Of a stretch of 64,000 nucleotides of DNA, positions 28,123-37,624 are shown piece after piece. The notes under the pieces are model-generated. The model made no database searches. It was not told where the DNA came from and saw nothing but the letters and a program-made list of their open reading frames with translations. Position 1 is the stretch's first letter. Every line of letters starts with the position of its first letter. A program made the position numbers and the translations under genes. Source of the DNA: Myxococcales bacterium (GTDB lineage: Bacteria > Myxococcota_A > UBA9042 > JABWCM01 > BTVJ01); contig BTVJ01000001.1 of the NCBI GenBank assembly GCA_045863395.1, positions 32,001 through 96,000 of the forward strand, in the 5' to 3' direction.

Positions 28123-29073
28123 CTAGTCGAGGGGAATTCTAGCGGCGTTCTCCGCAAGCCACTGGTCGAAGCTCTGGAGCGCCGGGTTGAGATCCCGGGC
28201 GATGGCGGGGTCGCGGACGCCGGCGAAGTGGTCCTCGAAGTCCACCTTGAACTGGAACATGTTGCCCAGGTCGTCGGCGCCGGGGAACCCGAAGGAGCGG
28301 TAGACGGCCGGGGTCACCGCGTTGAACCGGACCTCCTGGCCGAAGGCGCGCCCGAGGGCGGCGGCCATCTCCTCACCGGTCAGCCGGTCTCCCGCGATGG
28401 CGACGGTCTGCCCGTGCAGCGCGGCGCCCTTCCGGAAGACGCCCAGAGCGCACCGCCCGATGTCCTCGGCGGCGATGCCGGGGAGCTTGGCGTTGCCCGT
28501 GGGCAGCGTCAGCGCCAGCACGCCGTCCGGGCCTCGCTTGGGGCCCATGCCAAAGGCGATGAAGTTGTCCCAGTAGAAGGAGGTGAGCAGGAAGGTCGTG
28601 GGCACGCCGGCGGCGGTGAAGGCGGCGTCGGCCTCGCCCTTGGCGTCGAAGTGCGGGACCTTGTACTTGCCCATGAGGGTGGGCATGCGGTCATCGTCGA
28701 GGGACATGAAGCGGCGCGTGTCCTCCAGGGTCGACCAGACGGCGTGGGCGACGCCTGCCGCCGCCGCGGCGCGCGCCTGGTTGGTCGCCTGGGCCAGCTC
28801 CTTCTCCGGCGAGAAGTGCTCCCAGAAGTTGGTGATGCAGAAGGCGCCGTGGGCACCCGCGAAGGCCCGCTCCAGGCTCGCCTGGTCGTCCAGGTCGGCA
28901 GCCACGACCTCGGCGCCCGCCGCCGCGAGGGCCTGGGCCTTGGGCGAGGCCGGGTTGCGGGTAATGGCGCGGACGGCGAAGGCGCCGCTCGTGTCCGCGA
29001 GGATGGCGCGCACCAGGCCGCCGCCCTGTGCGCCGGTCGCGCCGACCACCGCGATGATCTTCCTGTCGCTCAT
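28123..29073 (-). CDS. NmrA/HSCARG family NAD(P)-binding protein
   Basis: VVGATGAQGGG, VRAITRNP, TNFWEH, KVPHFDAK and EDIGR. Start ATG 29073 with GGAGG SD. Confidence 0.92.
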   Translation of the reverse strand: MSDRKIIAVVGATGAQGGGLVRAILADTSGAFAVRAITRNPASPKAQALAAAGAEVVAADLDDQASLERAFAGAHGAFCITNFWEHFSPEKELAQATNQARAAAAAGVAHAVWSTLEDTRRFMSLDDDRMPTLMGKYKVPHFDAKGEADAAFTAAGVPTTFLLTSFYWDNFIAFGMGPKRGPDGVLALTLPTGNAKLPGIAAEDIGRCALGVFRKGAALHGQTVAIAGDRLTGEEMAAALGRAFGQEVRFNAVTPAVYRSFGFPGADDLGNMFQFKVDFEDHFAGVRDPAIARDLNPALQSFDQWLAENAARIPLD

Positions 29074-29330
29074 GATGGACCTCCGAGATGTGGGTATGTG
29101 GGGTGTCGGGGGGACAGTCGCGCTCGCCACCGCGCGGGTCAAGGGCGAGCAGCGTGGGCGCAAGCAGCGGCGCGGGCCCGCGGGGAGCAGGACCCTGGAG
29201 CGGCTCTCTGGGCGGGGACCGCCTCGCTGGGGACCGGGGGTGTGAGGGCCGCGCTGAACGTGCCGCGCCGCCTGGAATGGACCCGGCAGTGCGGCGCTGC
29301 TAGGCTCGCCGCGCAACGATCGAGGTGCTC

Positions 29331-30926
29331 ATGCCCGTCACCTCCCCGCGGTGGAGGACCCTGTGGTTGGCGCTCGCCGGCGCCCTGGTGCTGGCCACCC
29401 CCATGCACTACCGGGCGGAGGTGCACCCTGCCAACGAGGCGGCCCGGGTCTACGCGGCCCTCGCCCTGGTCCAGCACGGCACCGTGGCCCTCGACCCCGT
29501 GTTCGACCGGTACTTCCCGGGGTGGCGCGCCGGGACGCGGCCGCCCAACGTGGACGTGTCGTGGGGCCAGGGGCGCTACGTCCTCGACAAGGCGCCGGGG
29601 GTGACGCTGCTGGCCGTGCCCGTGGTGGGGCTCCTCCACGCCGCGGGGATGGACCCGGGGGACCCGGCAGCGTTCCCCTGGGTGCTCTGGCTTCTGACGC
29701 TGGTGGTGGTGGGGCTGCCGTCTGCGCTCACCGCGGCGCACCTTGGCGCGGCCCTTGCGGCGCGTCCCGTCGCGGTCGCTGCCCTGCTCGCGACCCCGTG
29801 GCTGGCCTACGGGGGGCTCCTGTTCGGCCACGGCCTCGCAGCGGCGTTGGTCGGGTCCGGGACCCTGCTCTCCCTCGGGGTGCCGGGCGGCGAGGCGTCC
29901 TCGATCCGGCGGACGGCGTTCGGGGGGCTGCTCCTCGGGCTGGCCGTACTCACCGAATACCCGGTCGCCGTCCTCGCCCTCGCGGTCGTGGTCGCCATGC
30001 TGGCTGACTCCACGCGGCGTCGCCGCCTGCCGTGGCTGCTCCTCGGGGCGCTGGGGCCGGCGGCCTCGCTCGCCGCCTGGAACTTCGCGTGCTTCGGTGA
30101 CCCCACGTCGCTCTCGTACAGCCACAAGACGAACCCGGAGTTCGCGGCGGTGATCGCGCAGGGCACCTTCGGGGTCTCGGCGCCTTCGCTCGAGCGCCTC
30201 GCCGAGCTGCTCGCCGGTCCGTCCCGCGGCCTCCTGCACCTGGCGCCCTGGCTCGTGGCGGGTCTCATTGGTGCCGTGGCGGCCGCGAGGGACCGGAGCC
30301 TCGCCGTCGCCTGGCGGGTGATGCTCCCCCTGGCCTGCCTCGGCTTCCCGGTGGTGATCAGCGGCTTCGTCGACTGGCGGGCCGGGGACTCCATGGGGCC
30401 GCGCCACCTGGTCCCCGTGATCCCGCTGCTGGGGCTGGCCGCCGCCCTCGTGCTGCGCGACAGACCCCGCCTGGCGGCGACGACCTGGGCCCTCGTCGCA
30501 TCGTCGGCGGCGCTGTGCGTCGTCGGCGCGTGGGCCTACCCGTACTTCCCGGCGAGCGTCAAGAACCCGCTGTTCGAGGTCGTGGTCCCGGTGCTGCTCG
30601 ACGGCGGGGCGCCTCCGGCGGCCATGGACGCGCTGCTGCCGCCCCCGCTGGGGCTCGCCTGCGGGCTCCTCGCCCTCGTGGCGCTGCTGGGACCGCCGGC
30701 CGTGCGGTCCCTGCGCGCCCTGCCCCATGTGGCGGTCGTCCTGGTGCTCGGCCTGGCGTTCGCGGTGGCCCACATCGCTGCCGCGATGCTCCCCGAGACC
30801 GGGGGGCCAGAGGGCGAGCGGGCGGTGCTCCAGGCCCGCGCTGCGGCCCTGGACGTGCTGGGGCACGAGGCCCAGGCGCGCGAGATCCGGAAGACGCTGC
30901 GTTCGCGCCCACCGGCGGGGCCGTGA
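29331..30926 (+). CDS. Polytopic membrane protein, GT-C-type glycosyltransferase-like
   Basis: NEAARVY, DKAPG, LAVLTEYP, FGDP and GPRHLVP motifs with many TM segments. Confidence 0.65.
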   Translation: MPVTSPRWRTLWLALAGALVLATPMHYRAEVHPANEAARVYAALALVQHGTVALDPVFDRYFPGWRAGTRPPNVDVSWGQGRYVLDKAPGVTLLAVPVVGLLHAAGMDPGDPAAFPWVLWLLTLVVVGLPSALTAAHLGAALAARPVAVAALLATPWLAYGGLLFGHGLAAALVGSGTLLSLGVPGGEASSIRRTAFGGLLLGLAVLTEYPVAVLALAVVVAMLADSTRRRRLPWLLLGALGPAASLAAWNFACFGDPTSLSYSHKTNPEFAAVIAQGTFGVSAPSLERLAELLAGPSRGLLHLAPWLVAGLIGAVAAARDRSLAVAWRVMLPLACLGFPVVISGFVDWRAGDSMGPRHLVPVIPLLGLAAALVLRDRPRLAATTWALVASSAALCVVGAWAYPYFPASVKNPLFEVVVPVLLDGGAPPAAMDALLPPPLGLACGLLALVALLGPPAVRSLRALPHVAVVLVLGLAFAVAHIAAAMLPETGGPEGERAVLQARAAALDVLGHEAQAREIRKTLRSRPPAGP

Positions 30927-30962
30927 TAGGCTGGCGGGCGGACCTGCACCCTGGAGGCGCCC

Positions 30963-31469
30963 ATGTCCTGGAGAGCCATCGCCATCCTCACCGTTCTCGC
31001 TGGCTGCGACTCCGAGCCGACGCCCTACCCCACCGCGAAGGACACGGCGGGTGGGGCAGACACGACGGGAGATGACGCGACCGACCCCGCAGTGGACGCC
31101 GGTGGGGACGCCGTCGCGGACAGCGGCGCCCCGGACGCGGGCCCCACGGAGCTGACCTGCGAGGAGCTCTCCGTCCGGTTCGTGGAGGAGCTATCCAAGC
31201 ACGCAGGGGCGTGGGACTCCTGCACGAAGGACTCACAGTGCTCGGTGCTGGTGAAGCCGAAGCTGGAGTGCAAGACCGTTGGGACGACCGTCACGGAGTG
31301 CGCGTGGGCGGTCAGCGACCCGTTGGCCTTCGCGACGCAGAAGGTGGCCATCGAGGACCTCCTGTGCCCCACGGCGCCCGCCGGTTGCAGCGCGACCCCG
31401 AGCTGTGCGCCCACCGCAGACAAGGGAGTCTGCGAGGGCGGCCACTGCACGACCAAGCTGGTCGAGTAG
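30963..31469 (+). CDS. Small Cys-containing lipoprotein
   Basis: Lipobox LAGC, acidic linker, 9-Cys C-terminal domain and GGAGG SD. Confidence 0.75.
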   Translation: MSWRAIAILTVLAGCDSEPTPYPTAKDTAGGADTTGDDATDPAVDAGGDAVADSGAPDAGPTELTCEELSVRFVEELSKHAGAWDSCTKDSQCSVLVKPKLECKTVGTTVTECAWAVSDPLAFATQKVAIEDLLCPTAPAGCSATPSCAPTADKGVCEGGHCTTKLVE

Positions 31470-31549
31470 CCGGGGCGAGAGGTCTGCGCGAGATCCAATG
31501 GGCGCGGGAGGGGCCAACGACGCCCTACCCAGCCCACCCCGCGCTCCTC

Positions 31550-31969
31550 TCACCGGGGCAGGTACACCGCCACCTGGACGCGCTCCCACGGTGGGGCATC
31601 GACGTCGACCGCCGTGACCCTCGCCACGAGGTGCCCACCCTGTAACAGGATGGCGCTCATCGCCCGGTTCAGATGCCGCGGCACGTAGCCGAGCATCGCG
31701 TCGCCCCAGAGGAGCCGGACTGCCTGGGGGTCCCAGCGGTTGGTGGGCTCCGCCTCCAGCAGGACGGCGTCGCCGGGCAGGACCAGGGGCGCCACTCGCA
31801 CCCCGTCGTGGTAGCGCAGGCCGGCCACGAAGAAGCGCTCCAGCAGGATGTCCGAAGCCCGCGGCGGCGCAGCGAGCGCCGGCAACGCCGGTCGGAGCAG
31901 CGCGCCCAGCCCGGGGACCAGGGACAGGAACGTGAGGAAGGTGCGCCGTGACGTGCCGCGGAGATCCAT
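31550..31969 (-). CDS. Stand-alone HIRAN domain protein with a Tat-like signal
   Basis: SRRTFLTFLSL...ALA, then FFVAGLRYH, LLEAEPTNRWDPQAV and LGYVPR, which are HIRAN hallmarks. Confidence 0.82.
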   Translation of the reverse strand: MDLRGTSRRTFLTFLSLVPGLGALLRPALPALAAPPRASDILLERFFVAGLRYHDGVRVAPLVLPGDAVLLEAEPTNRWDPQAVRLLWGDAMLGYVPRHLNRAMSAILLQGGHLVARVTAVDVDAPPWERVQVAVYLPR

Positions 31970-32178
31970 GGTGTCGTGTCTCGTCATCGGTGGGGTGGGG
32001 CCACCATCGCCCATCCTGGCACGAGCGGGCGGTCGGGGCAAGCAGCCACGACTCAGCGGGCCAGGTCCACGGGCTCATGCCCCATTGCGGCGGTCGCCAT
32101 CCGGTCTAACGTGCATGAGCGGCCTGCAGGAGGCCGCAGCGGCAGCGATCACCACTCAAACAGCGGAAGGAGGCAGAC

Positions 32179-32565
32179 ATGGCGACGAAGGCGGAGATCT
32201 ATCGTGAGATTGAGGCCGCGCTCGGATCGGTGCCGAGCTTCTTCAAGCTCGTGCCCGAGGCGACGCTGCAGGAGGAGTGGACCCTGTTCCGGAAGATCCA
32301 GATGGAGGACGGGCCCATCCCGCACAAGTACCGGGAGCTGATCGGGATCGGGATCTCGGCGACCACGAAGTGCCGCTACTGCAGCTACTTCCACACCGAG
32401 ATGGCGCGGCTCTTCGGGGCCACGGACGCCGAGATCGAGGCGGCCGTCCACTACGCGAAGAGCAGCGCCGGCTGGAGCGCCTACATCAACGGGTTGCAGG
32501 TCGACTTCGACACGTTCAAGAGCGAGGTGGCGCAGGCGTGCGACCACGTGCGACGCAATACCTGA
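32179..32565 (+). CDS. Carboxymuconolactone decarboxylase/AhpD-like protein
   Basis: IPHKYRELIGIGISATTKCRYCSYFH and GATDAEI. GGAGG SD. Confidence 0.9.
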   Translation: MATKAEIYREIEAALGSVPSFFKLVPEATLQEEWTLFRKIQMEDGPIPHKYRELIGIGISATTKCRYCSYFHTEMARLFGATDAEIEAAVHYAKSSAGWSAYINGLQVDFDTFKSEVAQACDHVRRNT

Positions 32566-32757
32566 GCCCCACACCGCGCAATACTCACCGTATGGAGGGC
32601 TTGTGGGGAGGGGCGTGACCGTTCGGCGACGTGGCTCTCAGCACACATCTCCCTGGCGGTTCCCGGACGAAGGGGGTGCCCTCCGCGAGGCACCGCTCCG
32701 GCGGAGACAGGCGGAGGCTGGACTGTCTGGGGGCCCGCCCTCGATGGACGCGCCCGC

Positions 32758-35700
32758 TCAGTGCGTCGCGAGGCTGAGCGGCGCGCACGTCGCCTTCATC
32801 GCCACGCGCACCGATCGGCCGGCGCCCGTCCAGGGGTCGACCTCCACCACGGTGAGGCCGAGGACGTCGCTCATGGGCGCGAAGGGCAGCGCCGCGTCGC
32901 CCTCGGCGGCGGCCGTCACCCAGAGCGTGGCGCCCTTGTCCGGCTGGGGCGGGTCGGCGCACGCCGGCCCGAGGCGCTGGAGCGTATAGCCCGCGCCCTC
33001 GGACCAGGCGGCGAGCACCAGGCGGCCGTCCACGTCCGCCGCCAGGTGGTGGTGGGCGAAGTCGGTGGCGCCCTCCCAGGCGAGGGCGACCGGCCCGCCG
33101 TCCGCGTCCATGGTGTAGAGCCGCGCGCCGCCGCTCACCTCCAGCCACGCGACCGTGTCGGTGGCGTAGGCGTAGGTGGCGGCCACCACCGTCCCACCGG
33201 GGACCGCCGCCCGGAGACTCCAGGCGCCCGTCGCCAGGTCCAGGGACCAGACCTGGGTCTCCCTGCCAGATGCCGACCGCCCCACCGCGAAGACGCGCCC
33301 CCGGGAGCGGGCGTAGGCGGCCTCGAAGCTCGCCAGGGGCACCGCGTCCGAGCTCACGGACTCCCGGAGGTCCGCCGACTCCAGGAGCCGCGAACCGACG
33401 CTGGTCAGCGCTCCGGCGAGCCGGCCGTCCGCCCCGAACGCGAGCGCGGAGGGGGCCGCCGGGTCCTTCCCCATGGCGAGGGAGGCCTCCGACGCCGCGA
33501 CCCACGTGAGCCCCGGCTGGTCGAGCAGCGCCCGCGCGCCCCTGCCGAGGCGGTCGTCGACGAGCTCCGCGAGGCCGCTCCCCAGCAGCGCCCCGTAGGC
33601 GCGCCCGCTCGCCCCCTGGACGATCACGGACGCCTCCACCTTCGACGCCGCGTCGAAGCGCGCCACCAGGTCCCAGGGGTTGATGAACATGTCGGGCTTC
33701 CAGGGGAGCGCGAGGCAGCTCGCGGGGTCGATGAGGCACTTCGAGAACACGGGGATCTCGAACCACGGGTTCGGCTTGCACTCCGCGGTCACGAGGTCCG
33801 TGTAGCTACTCGACAGGTCGTCGCCGTGAAGGCTCGGGACCGGGAAGGCCTTGCTGCCCTGGGGCGTCTGGGCGTGCAGCCAGAGCCGCCCTCGCATGGA
33901 CAGGGTCCCAGAGAGCGGCTGGCCCTCCACCGCGTCCGCGCTGATCAGCCCCGTGTTGAGCCACCGCTGCGCGTCAGACTCCCAGCTCCAGTGGAGCGGG
34001 ACCGGTGCGCCATTGCCGAGGTCCACATAGTCGAGGCTCACGCGGTGGTCGGTGGACTCCACCAGGTCGACCCGGTGGAACCAGTCCTTGGCCGTCTCCG
34101 GGTCGTTGTTGTTGCCCGGGAAGCAGTTGGCGCTACCGGGATAGGACGGGGCGCACGAGGACGTGTACATCCAGTCCTCGTCGATGGAGGCGTCACCGAA
34201 GCAGTCGGCCACGCCGGACGGGTCGTCTGCACAGAACCAGGCCGAGGTCTTCACGCCGTAGATCTTCCAGTCCGGCGGCAGCACCGGGTCCGCCCCCAGA
34301 TCGACGGGCTGCGGCACGAGCGGCTGCACGTCCACGCGCGACAGGGCCTTGCACTGGTAGAGCTCCACGCTCTGGTGGTCGTAGACGAGGCTGACCCGGG
34401 GGCACGGGACGGGGTCGCAGGCGTCGCCCAGCACGTCATAGCCGTAGACCCGCTCGGCGTCCGCGTTGCAGTTGGACTGGTCGGGATTGAAGACGCCGGG
34501 GCAGTTGTCCCGGTCTCCACAGACGCCGTCGCCGTCGCCGCCCGCCCCGAGCTGGTCGCTCGTGCTGTAGGGGTCGTCCGGGCAGTCGTCGCAGGCGTCC
34601 ACCACGCCGTCGTCATCGGAGTCCAAGTGGACCTGGGTGTTGCACGTCGGAGCAGGGTCGACGGCGGTCGGGATGCCGTCGCCGTCCATGTCCGGGTCGA
34701 ACAGGAACCGGATGGTGGTGGTCGCGCCGTCGCAGGCGGGGAGGAGCGCCGCCCCGGCGCCGTCGCAGGGAGCGTAGTCCGTCTCCGTCTCGATGCCGGT
34801 CACGGGGAGCCAGCCCTGCCCGTAGGGCTGGCCGTAGGGGCCGAAGGGCGAGGCAAACCACTGCCACTTCTGATAGGTCATGGAGGCGGACACCCAGCCC
34901 GCGATGTCAGTGGCCTCCGGGAGCCCCTCCTCCTCGTAGCTCAGGAGGTCGCCTGCAAGCCCCTCCACCGTGCGGTGCACGCCGCCGATGGCCACCCGAA
35001 GCTCCTCCTCGACCATGGGGTAGACGTAGCCCTGGGCGGCGAAGAAGATGCCGTCACACACGAGCTGCTGCCAGTCGTCGGCCAGGAGCTCCAGCTTGAC
35101 GGAGACGTCCGCGCTGCTTGACAGGCTCCCGAGCTGGAGCGTCGGCGTCCCAGCGACGACGGGGACGACCTGGAACATATCCTCCAGGTGGAAGTCCTTG
35201 GCGCCCGGGAACAGACCGGACGTCCACGCTCCGCCGCCGGGGGCTGGCAGGGCGGGGATGAGCCCCAGCCGGAGCGGGAGCCTCTCCAGGCGCAGCGACA
35301 GGCGCACCGTGCTGCACCCGACCTCCGTCAGCGCGTCGTTCACGGCCCCCGGGATGGCCCCCAGGAACTGGGCGCAGACGGGGTCCGAAGCCTCGGGGGA
35401 GCCCAGGACGCAGGTGATCTGCCGCTCGATGGGCGTCTCGGGCACGATGCGCGCGTGGAACCAGAGCCCGGCCGCGTTGACGGCCCCTTGCCCGCAATCG
35501 AGCGCCGCACAGACCTCGGGAGACGGTGTGCCGAGGGTCGTGTAGCGGGCGATGGTCGGCAGCATCTCCTTCTCGAGGCGCAGCGGGGGAAACTCACCGA
35601 GGAGATCGCTCGGCAGGTTCAGATCGACCGGCGTGCTGGCGCAGCCGACGTCGGGAGCCCCGATGACGCTCAGCAGGTTGAAGTTGACCGACGGCGCCGG

Positions 35701-36276
35701 CGCGGGGAGGTTCTCGGGACCCTGCCCCCCATCGCCCGGCGTGCGATCCCAGTACAGGGTCATGCAGCTCGCCTCGGGGGCGTCGTTGCAGGCCGCTGAG
35801 CCAAAGCAGAGGGGCTCGACGGGCGACCAGCCCTCGCAGCCGGGGTGACGGCAGAGTCCGTCGCTGCACTCCACGGGGCGGGCACAGTCGGCGTTGGTGG
35901 TGCAGCGGAAGTTGCTGTCTCCGCACCGACCCGCGTCCGTGCATGTCGGCGGGATGACGCAGTCCGCATCGGTGGAGCAGGGGACGGTGGAGAAGCACCC
36001 CGCCTCGATGTGCCCGAGGGAGTTCCAGGCGAGGTCGGGGTGCTCGGGCAGCGTCAGCTCGTGGAAGAGCTGCTTGAGCGGCTTGATGCGCGCATCGGTC
36101 ACGGTGAGCTTGCCGTTTGCCGCGAGCGAAGGCTCCAGAGGGCCGCCGAAGGGCTGCCCGCCCGCGGACTCGCCCGCCAGGTTCGTCTGGGCGGTGTGCG
36201 GCTCGCGGCAGCCGGCGGACGCCAGCAGCGCGAAGAGGAGAGAGGCTCCCAGGGGAGCGCAGCGAATCGGTCTCAT
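32758..36276 (-). CDS. Large lipoprotein with thrombospondin type-3-like Ca-binding repeats
   Basis: Lipobox SAGC. Repeats DMDGDGIP, DSDDDGVVDACDDCP and DGDGVCGDRDNCPGVFNPDQ..GDACD. The C-terminus looks propeller-like. Confidence 0.75.
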   Translation of the reverse strand: MRPIRCAPLGASLLFALLASAGCREPHTAQTNLAGESAGGQPFGGPLEPSLAANGKLTVTDARIKPLKQLFHELTLPEHPDLAWNSLGHIEAGCFSTVPCSTDADCVIPPTCTDAGRCGDSNFRCTTNADCARPVECSDGLCRHPGCEGWSPVEPLCFGSAACNDAPEASCMTLYWDRTPGDGGQGPENLPAPAPSVNFNLLSVIGAPDVGCASTPVDLNLPSDLLGEFPPLRLEKEMLPTIARYTTLGTPSPEVCAALDCGQGAVNAAGLWFHARIVPETPIERQITCVLGSPEASDPVCAQFLGAIPGAVNDALTEVGCSTVRLSLRLERLPLRLGLIPALPAPGGGAWTSGLFPGAKDFHLEDMFQVVPVVAGTPTLQLGSLSSSADVSVKLELLADDWQQLVCDGIFFAAQGYVYPMVEEELRVAIGGVHRTVEGLAGDLLSYEEEGLPEATDIAGWVSASMTYQKWQWFASPFGPYGQPYGQGWLPVTGIETETDYAPCDGAGAALLPACDGATTTIRFLFDPDMDGDGIPTAVDPAPTCNTQVHLDSDDDGVVDACDDCPDDPYSTSDQLGAGGDGDGVCGDRDNCPGVFNPDQSNCNADAERVYGYDVLGDACDPVPCPRVSLVYDHQSVELYQCKALSRVDVQPLVPQPVDLGADPVLPPDWKIYGVKTSAWFCADDPSGVADCFGDASIDEDWMYTSSCAPSYPGSANCFPGNNNDPETAKDWFHRVDLVESTDHRVSLDYVDLGNGAPVPLHWSWESDAQRWLNTGLISADAVEGQPLSGTLSMRGRLWLHAQTPQGSKAFPVPSLHGDDLSSSYTDLVTAECKPNPWFEIPVFSKCLIDPASCLALPWKPDMFINPWDLVARFDAASKVEASVIVQGASGRAYGALLGSGLAELVDDRLGRGARALLDQPGLTWVAASEASLAMGKDPAAPSALAFGADGRLAGALTSVGSRLLESADLRESVSSDAVPLASFEAAYARSRGRVFAVGRSASGRETQVWSLDLATGAWSLRAAVPGGTVVAATYAYATDTVAWLEVSGGARLYTMDADGGPVALAWEGATDFAHHHLAADVDGRLVLAAWSEGAGYTLQRLGPACADPPQPDKGATLWVTAAAEGDAALPFAPMSDVLGLTVVEVDPWTGAGRSVRVAMKATCAPLSLATH

Positions 36277-36595
36277 CGAAGACCTCCTGGAGGTGGTGCG
36301 TGTCGAGCAGGAGGCACTGCCTGTGCCCCATGACCCCAGGATGGCCGGCGCGCGTCGCCATGGTCAGTGTGAAGTTTGGCAGGGGAGGCACTGCGCGATG
36401 GTGGTCGGTGGGACCCTCCACGAAAGTGTAGGCGGCGAGCTACACCGTCGGCTCCGTTGCGGCATGGACGCAACTGCACTGCGCGCGACCGTGCGGCCCC
36501 TGTAGGGTCTGAGGCGTCCACGAGCTTGCCAGCGGGGACCGGGTCCAGTAAGGATCGCCACCCCACACGCGAGCGCCGACCGGGAGGTCTCCCAG

Positions 36596-37624
36596 ATGAA
36601 GTTCTCGACGCTCGTCGAACGCATGGTGCCGCTGGTCGCGGAGCTGTTCGCGACCCTGAAGTCCAACGATCCGCTCCGCATGGACTTCGCCGAGATCGGG
36701 CAGAAGACCCTGCTCGACATCGTCGGCGTGCTCCGGCAGGAGGGGCTGACCAACGACGAGATCGCCGCGACCCTCGACCTGTCCATCGCCGGCTTCTACA
36801 AGCGGGTCCGCGAGCTGCGCGACACCTACTCGCCCGGGCGCGGGCGGGGACGCAAGACGCTGTGGGAGAAGGTCTACGAGCACATCCTGGAGCGCTCGGG
36901 CAACTCCCCGCGGAAGGCCGTGCGCTACGCCCAGGTGCAGTCCGCCTTCCCGTCGGTGGCGGACGAGCGGCTGCGCTCCACCTTGCGGTTCCTGGTGCGC
37001 TACGGTCTCCTGACCATCACCGGGCCCTCCCAGCAGCCCGAGTACCGCATCGTGCCCCGGGACGAGGAGCCCGGCGGCAGCTACCACGCGGTGGTCGTGA
37101 CCCTCTACAGGGAGGGGCCCCTGTCGCTCGCCGAGCTTGCCGGGCGCCTGGAGGCCCCCGAGGCGGAGTGCGCCGCCCACGTCGAGCGCCTGCGAGCGGC
37201 CGGGAAGCTGCTGGAGCTGGCCGGGGCCCCGGGGGAGCCGGCGCGCTACCGCGCCACGGGCTACCACATCGAGCCCGAGAGCGAGGAGGGCTTCCAGGCG
37301 GCGCTGTGGGACCACTTCCACACGGTGGTCCGCGCGATCTGCAAGAAGGTCCGCATGCGCCGGCACCTCGCCCAGCTCCACGATGTCAACGGCGGGACGA
37401 CGTTCAGCTTCGACGTCCCCCTGGACCACCCGCTGTATGCCGAGGTGTCCGGCTTCCTGGCGGAGACCCGCGTCCGCATGGAGAGCTGGCTGGAGCAGGT
37501 CCGGGCCCTCGACGAGGGGCATGAGGGGGCGCGCGCGCGGATCACCATCTACACGGGGCAGATGGTGGAGGAGCTGGTCGACGGCGTGCCGGTGCGCACC
37601 GAGCGCGACGAGGGGGAGGAGTGA
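36596..37624 (+). CDS. Putative multi-HTH DNA-binding protein (uncharacterised myxobacterial-type family)
   Basis: HTH GLTNDEIAATLDLSIAGFYKRV and winged HTH GPLSLAELAGRL...HVERLRAAGKL. GGGAGG SD. Confidence 0.65.
   Translation: MKFSTLVERMVPLVAELFATLKSNDPLRMDFAEIGQKTLLDIVGVLRQEGLTNDEIAATLDLSIAGFYKRVRELRDTYSPGRGRGRKTLWEKVYEHILERSGNSPRKAVRYAQVQSAFPSVADERLRSTLRFLVRYGLLTITGPSQQPEYRIVPRDEEPGGSYHAVVVTLYREGPLSLAELAGRLEAPEAECAAHVERLRAAGKLLELAGAPGEPARYRATGYHIEPESEEGFQAALWDHFHTVVRAICKKVRMRRHLAQLHDVNGGTTFSFDVPLDHPLYAEVSGFLAETRVRMESWLEQVRALDEGHEGARARITIYTGQMVEELVDGVPVRTERDEGEE

Noticed and set aside
32566..32757. Several short hairpins in the convergent intergenic gap as an ncRNA
   Set aside because: Stems are only 6-7 bp in GC-rich DNA with no recognisable RNA family motif.
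36313..36329. Possible sigma-54 promoter (GGGCAC-N5-GTGCC, minus strand) for the TSP3 lipoprotein
   Set aside because: Mismatches in both elements; too weak in GC-rich DNA.
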